NCBI GenBank assembly: GCA_041653495.1
Contig: JBAZFF010000001.1
Location: 4,987 to 68,986, forward strand
Reading direction: 5' to 3'
Length of the DNA stretch: 64,000 nucleotides
DNA from: Minisyncoccota bacterium
GTDB taxonomy: Bacteria > Patescibacteriota > Minisyncoccia > Minisyncoccales > RBG-13-42-11
Of the stretch, positions 59,208 to 64,000 are shown piece by piece. The translations under genes were made by a program, and so were the position numbers. Positions within the stretch are counted from its first letter, which is position 1, and each line of letters starts with the position of its first letter. The notes under the pieces are model-generated. The model ran no database searches and was not told where the DNA came from. It saw nothing but the letters and a program-made list of their open reading frames with translations.

Positions 59208-59911
59208 AAGCTTTTTAATATTTCTTTTAAATTATTAATTGAATCAATGCTTTTTTCGTACGCCATTCTTTTGGGCCCCACAATTCCCAGGTACCCCTTT
59301 TCCTTCTTCGGAAAACTGCACTGGGAAATGATGATGCTGAAATCCTTCACCTTATTAAACGGATTCTCCTTCCCTATGAATACTTTCAAGTCGGGGCCAA
59401 GCTCAAAATCCTGGATGTCTTTTTCAAAATCTTCAAGGAAATCAGTGAAGGTTTCCAGCAAATCCGCTTCCTTGAATTCGGGCTCTTTGAAAACGCGGCT
59501 CCAGCCGTCTTTCCAAAAGACATTGTCGTTGAAGGTAAAGGCCAAAGCAGAAGAAGAATCGGCGAGATCTCTGGTAATAGACTGTAAAAGCTTTATCTCG
59601 TCCTCCGCCAGCAAGCTCTCTTTCTCTGACAATTCTTTAACGCTTGGCTTCTCTTTAATCTTTTTTTCTTGAAGAAGATTGTTCACGTAAAACCTGTATC
59701 CCTTGTCAGAGGGAACTCTTCCGGAAGAGGTATGGGGCTGGGAAAGATATCCTGCTTCAGTAAGCTTGTACATCTCGCTTCTTATCGTAGCCGGGGAGAA
59801 ACCGAAACTGTACTTCCCCTCCAGGGTTTGGGAACTGACGGGCTGGGCGGAAGAAATATATTCCTCAACCAGCTTGTCTAGAATAAGTTTTTGCCTCTCG
59901 GTTATTTGCAT
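59204..59911 (-). CDS. hrcA: Heat-inducible transcription repressor HrcA (short form)
   Basis: SPATIRSEM, QPHTSSGRVP, GPKRM. Confidence 0.93.
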   Translation of the reverse strand: MQITERQKLILDKLVEEYISSAQPVSSQTLEGKYSFGFSPATIRSEMYKLTEAGYLSQPHTSSGRVPSDKGYRFYVNNLLQEKKIKEKPSVKELSEKESLLAEDEIKLLQSITRDLADSSSALAFTFNDNVFWKDGWSRVFKEPEFKEADLLETFTDFLEDFEKDIQDFELGPDLKVFIGKENPFNKVKDFSIIISQCSFPKKEKGYLGIVGPKRMAYEKSIDSINNLKEILKSL

Positions 59912-59930
59912 ATATTCCATAATAGCTGAT

Positions 59931-59957
59931 TTGGCAGTCTAATGTCAAGAGTGCCAA
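59931..59957 (-). promoter_or_regulatory. CIRCE element overlapping the sigma70 -35 box
   Basis: The minus strand reads TTGGCACTC-TTGACATTA-GACTGCCAA against the consensus TTAGCACTC-N9-GAGTGCTAA. Confidence 0.9.
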
Positions 59958-60320
59958 ACACAAAAAGGCGGAATGATTCCCTTTGTAAAGGAATATCCCG
60001 CCCTAGGTTATAGGCCCGCTGTTTTCAAGCCCATACCCTTTCTGTTTCCGAATCCATGGGTCAGAAACGGAAACCTGGAATTAAAGAATACTGTGCCCTG
60101 GTCTTTTTCAATGAACTAAAAAATCTGGCTTGCTGGCCAGATTGTTCTTTTGAATGTTTTTTAATTAAATCAATCTAACCAGACATCGTAAGCCACGACG
60201 TTCAACAATAATACTGTAACGGTTAGATTCTTCCTGTTCATATGCTGATTAATTTAAAATAACAGATAGGAAAAGCTTGTCAATACGACTGCCACTGCTA
60301 CAATGTAATAATACTCAAAC

Positions 60321-62072
60321 ATGTCCAACAAGCTAACTTATCTCTTTGCGGGATTATTAATAATAACGATGTTCGCCGGAGCTTTCTTCAGTATGACGGA
60401 AGACTCCCTGACCTACGACGAACTGGCGCACATACCTGCCGGATACTCTTATTTGACCCAGCAGGATTACAGGGTCAACCCCGAGCATCCTCCCCTGCTG
60501 AAAGGAATTGCCGCCCTGCCGCTTCTTTTTTTAAACCTAAATTTCCCTTTGGAAGACCAGACCTGGATCCAAGATTCGGCCCCGGCCTGGTGGGTCCAGT
60601 TTGATTTGGGGACTAAGTTCCTGTACGGATCAGGAAACAGCCCGACAGAAATAATCTTTTGGTCAAGAATCCCCATGATACTGCTGACGCTTCTTTTGGG
60701 CCTCTTTGTTTTTAAATGGGCAAGGAAGCTGGCCGGAAACGAAGCGGCTCTTGCGGTCCTAGCCATTTTCTGTTTTTCTCCGACCATTCTTGCGAACGGC
60801 AGGCTGGTGACGACCGATGTCGGAGCTGCTTTCGGGGCAGTCCTGGCTACCTATTTCTGGCTGAAATTCCTTCCCAGTCCCAAAGCCAAAAACATCATCC
60901 TGGCAGCCCTGGGCTTTGGAATAGCCCTGCTTTGCAAGTTCTCTTTAGTGTTGCTTGTTCCCTTTTTCGCAATAATAACGATAGTCTATGCTCTTTTATT
61001 CTCAAATAACCAAAAAATGAAGAATCTACTTTCTTACGCGCTAAAGGCGATATTGATAGGAGTGCTTGCCATGGTATTCGTCGTAGGGCCGATCTACCAG
61101 CTCGTCCTCCAGAATTATCCGCCCGAACAGCAGAAAAGAGATACTGTCTCGGATCTGGGACAAGGCGGCATGCAAATATTAAAAAACGCAGACATTTGGA
61201 TGGCCGATAAGCCTCTTTTGAGGCCTTTCTCCCAATTCTTCAGGGGGATATTAATGGCCGGGCAAAGGACAATTTTCGGAAACACTGTCTATTTCCTCGG
61301 AGAAGTTTCCACGTCCGCCTGGTGGTACTATTTCCCGACAATATTTTTATTGAAAGAGTCTCTGCCCTTCTTATTGATTTGCCTGACAGCGTTAATCGGA
61401 TCAATACTCTTAATGAGGCGCGGATTCTCGCTGAAACAATGGGTTAAGAACAATTTCACCTTATTTTCCTTCATTGTCTTTATAGCCATTTACTGGCTCG
61501 CTGCTGTTCTGGGAAACCTGAATATAGGCATCAGGCACCTCCTGCCCACCTTCCCGTTTATTTTTATCCTGGCGGTTTTAGGGCTGAAAACAATAATAGA
61601 CAGGAGCCGGGGAAAAATAAGAAAAATACTCTTATCCCTTTCTGCAATTCTCTTCCTTTGGCACATCGGATCCTCCGTTTCCGCCTTCCCCCACTATATC
61701 TCTTACTATAATGAATTAGTCGGGTCCGACACGGGATACAAATATGCCGTAGACTCTAACTACGATTGGGGCCAGGATTTCTACAGGCTCCTGGTTTTTG
61801 TCGAGAAAAACAACATAGAGAAAATAAACTTAGACTATTTCGGCGGAGAAAACCCCGAATACTGGCTGAAAGACAAATATGTCCGCCTTAAACCGAAGGA
61901 AATAACGGAGCCGCCCAAGGGATGGGTGGCGGTGTCGGTGAACGAGCTCCAGAGAGGAATAGCCGATCCTGTTCCCGGCTTTAACCAGGAAACCGGATAT
62001 TACAATTGGCTGAAAGACAAGGAACCTGTCGCTAAAATGGGATATTCCATATTTGTCTACTATATAGACTAA
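60321..62072 (+). CDS. GT39/ArnT-like membrane glycosyltransferase
   Basis: TYDE...H, NPEHPPL, TTD, DSNYDWGQD; multiple TM segments. Confidence 0.88.
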   Translation: MSNKLTYLFAGLLIITMFAGAFFSMTEDSLTYDELAHIPAGYSYLTQQDYRVNPEHPPLLKGIAALPLLFLNLNFPLEDQTWIQDSAPAWWVQFDLGTKFLYGSGNSPTEIIFWSRIPMILLTLLLGLFVFKWARKLAGNEAALAVLAIFCFSPTILANGRLVTTDVGAAFGAVLATYFWLKFLPSPKAKNIILAALGFGIALLCKFSLVLLVPFFAIITIVYALLFSNNQKMKNLLSYALKAILIGVLAMVFVVGPIYQLVLQNYPPEQQKRDTVSDLGQGGMQILKNADIWMADKPLLRPFSQFFRGILMAGQRTIFGNTVYFLGEVSTSAWWYYFPTIFLLKESLPFLLICLTALIGSILLMRRGFSLKQWVKNNFTLFSFIVFIAIYWLAAVLGNLNIGIRHLLPTFPFIFILAVLGLKTIIDRSRGKIRKILLSLSAILFLWHIGSSVSAFPHYISYYNELVGSDTGYKYAVDSNYDWGQDFYRLLVFVEKNNIEKINLDYFGGENPEYWLKDKYVRLKPKEITEPPKGWVAVSVNELQRGIADPVPGFNQETGYYNWLKDKEPVAKMGYSIFVYYID

Positions 62073-62887
62073 TCTTTATATTTCGGAAATACTCGGTTGG
62101 AGAATCTGACTTCTATATATTCCAAATCCCCTCTCCTCTCCGCCGTAACAACTTCCTCCAGCACCGCATTCAGCTTGGCAATCTGCCAGTCTGAGTCTTT
62201 TTGAAGCGTGAAATATATCTCCCACCCCTCGGCCGTTTTTATTATCAGCTTGTCTTCCGAAAACAGCAGGAAATTATCCACCTCAATGCCTAAAGACCCG
62301 AGGCTCTTTTCAATATATAATATCTTCTCTAAATCGTCTTCGGAAACAACGGCTTCCTTAGATTCCAAGAAATAATCTGGCTTTACTAAGACAGGCAAAT
62401 CTCCGCCCGGCAGGTACGTATCGAATATTTCCCCGAGGGAGTCTAAGAGGAGAAATCCTTCCTCGGTGCTTAAAAGGGCCACTCCTTCTTTTCTGGCCAA
62501 TTCAATCTTTATCTTATCCGGCCATTTCTTCCTCACTTTTACCGATTCTAACTCAGGATATTTCTCCGCAATCCCTTTTTCCAGGCTTCCCGAATCAAAA
62601 AAGAACATGCTTTTCGTGTCCCAGAAAAGAAACTTTTTGCTCAAGACATTCTCGGCTAAAACCTTGACGTCTGCCATAATCTCGGGGGAAACAGCAAAAA
62701 TGCCAGGAGCCTCTTCCACGCTTTCCCTTTCCACTATTATTTCTTCCACCTGCAAAAAGGGGGAAAGGCATAAGAGGTAGATGAAACCTATTAGAACGAT
62801 AAAGCCGGCCAGGCTGAATAAAAAAAACTTGCTCTTTAAAACGCTTTCCCTTTTTTTATACCTGTGGGGCTTTCTGTAATAGTTCAT
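62069..62887 (-). CDS. ftsQ: FtsQ/DivIB-like cell division protein
   Basis: TM segment, POTRA-like region (KKWPDKI), YIEVRF. Confidence 0.75.
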   Translation of the reverse strand: MNYYRKPHRYKKRESVLKSKFFLFSLAGFIVLIGFIYLLCLSPFLQVEEIIVERESVEEAPGIFAVSPEIMADVKVLAENVLSKKFLFWDTKSMFFFDSGSLEKGIAEKYPELESVKVRKKWPDKIKIELARKEGVALLSTEEGFLLLDSLGEIFDTYLPGGDLPVLVKPDYFLESKEAVVSEDDLEKILYIEKSLGSLGIEVDNFLLFSEDKLIIKTAEGWEIYFTLQKDSDWQIAKLNAVLEEVVTAERRGDLEYIEVRFSNRVFPKYKD

Positions 62888-62888
62888 A

Positions 62889-63917
62889 TTACAATCCTCT
62901 CTTCATTTTTCTTAAGTTCTCAAAAATGTTTATGAAAAAATATTTCCAAGACAGAGGATAATCGTAGGTCTTTAAATATTCATACCCCCTTCCGCCAAAG
63001 CCCATTTTAAAGAGAGTCGGCCCCGCCCAAGGATGCTTGGGATTATTTTTTGGATCCACATACCCCCAGAAATCATACGTGCCGCATCCCCTTTTTTTGG
63101 CCTCTTTTATCGCTTCCCACTGCAGGAGATAAGGTATGGAAAGCTTTGAATATTTTGAATCGGAAGCTGCTTGGTGGTAATAAGCGCTGCCTGACCAGAA
63201 AATAACTAGGGAGGTTGCGGCGATTTTTCCCTTGTATTTTCCGAAGAAAAGAAGAGCATTGCCGTTTTCAGAAAAAACCTTGAACTCTTTTTTGACGAAA
63301 TCCAGGGGAAAGGACACGAAATTATGCCTTTTGGCGACAGTTTTGTTCAACTCCTGATAGAGGCCGATATCTTCCACCCTGTCGCTCTTTTCTATTGAAA
63401 TATCGCTGTTTTTTGAGGTTTGGCGGATAAGATATCTGGTAGTTTTCCTCATTCCGTTCATTATCTCTTCCTCGGAGGGAGCAATATCAAGTTTCCAGGT
63501 GGATTCATAAGAATTGGCGTGCATCGGGGATTTCCTGAATCCGAGATCTTCCATTATCTTTTCGTTCTCCTTGCTCCTCCCCCATAAAGGATTGATCCTT
63601 ACAAAGTCCGCCTTTTCCGACTTTCCGATTCTCTTTAACTCTGAGAGAATCAACCCGAGGATTTCCTTTTTAGAGAAAGATGGCAGAACGGCGGGGCCGT
63701 GCTGTCCCAAAAGGAAGGTTCCTCTTTTTGCCTTTATTTTGGAAACAAGGAACAAAGAAACAATCCTTTCTTTATCAAAAAGGCCCAGCCTCCATACTTT
63801 ATTCCCCATCTCCATATTAAACTCTCCCCAATCAAAGGACTGCAGGAAAGTTTTTTCTTTCTGCTCTGTGAAAAACCCATCCCATATTTCTTTATCCTCA
63901 ATTTCCCTTATTTCCAT
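62889..63917 (-). CDS. FemAB/MurM-family peptidoglycan peptidyltransferase
   Basis: FLQSFDWG, RKTTRY, LQWEAI, YDFWG, FKMGFGG. Confidence 0.92.
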   Translation of the reverse strand: MEIREIEDKEIWDGFFTEQKEKTFLQSFDWGEFNMEMGNKVWRLGLFDKERIVSLFLVSKIKAKRGTFLLGQHGPAVLPSFSKKEILGLILSELKRIGKSEKADFVRINPLWGRSKENEKIMEDLGFRKSPMHANSYESTWKLDIAPSEEEIMNGMRKTTRYLIRQTSKNSDISIEKSDRVEDIGLYQELNKTVAKRHNFVSFPLDFVKKEFKVFSENGNALLFFGKYKGKIAATSLVIFWSGSAYYHQAASDSKYSKLSIPYLLQWEAIKEAKKRGCGTYDFWGYVDPKNNPKHPWAGPTLFKMGFGGRGYEYLKTYDYPLSWKYFFINIFENLRKMKRGL

Positions 63918-64000
63918 AAGATTTTAACAAACCGACGATCTTTTCAGCGTCCTCTTTGGTGATATTGATGTGGGTCGGAAGATTGAAAGTTGTCTGGGCA
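63898..64000 (-). CDS. C-terminus of a DegT/DnrJ-like aminotransferase (partial)
   Basis: The frame reads AQTTFNLPTHINITKEDAEKIVGLLK...*. Confidence 0.55.
   Translation of the reverse strand, partial: AQTTFNLPTHINITKEDAEKIVGLLKSYGNKGN

Overview
This looks like a chromosomal segment of a small-genome bacterium, probably Patescibacteria/CPR (Parcubacteria-like). That assignment is an inference from gene content and style. Almost all genes are on the minus strand and point towards a Xer-family tyrosine recombinase gene at the left edge, which suggests the replication terminus region. The main observation is an integron-like cassette array built on dif-like sites. One complete 11-6-11 site (ATGTCGCACAA-GGTAGA-TTGTGAGACAA, 14280-14307) is followed by 8-9 directly repeated half-sites (spacer plus right arm, no left arm) up to about 23.46 kb. 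The half-sites delimit 0.3-2.3 kb units of 1-2 unrelated genes, most with their own promoter and terminator: a tautomerase-like gene, purM, Fic, AbiEii/AbiEi, a D-Ala-D-Ala carboxypeptidase, HTH-Doc and orphans. Decay increases away from the complete site. An exact copy of the left arm lies just downstream of the xer gene. Between the two left arms are an HD dNTPase-like gene, a coupled RarA-SET-MazG-CYTH-HD-NUDIX-CYTH operon and a type III RM + PHP-ATPase defence locus. The rest is mostly housekeeping: obgE, a DEAD helicase, typA, csp, two ECF sigma modules, tgt, uppS, rpmA, pyrG, rplI, ctpA, a MacAB-like ABC system, tRNA-Lys, hrcA-grpE-dnaK-dnaJ with CIRCE, GT39, ftsQ and FemAB. There is also a CoaD-AlkD fusion and several orphan single-gene insertions.
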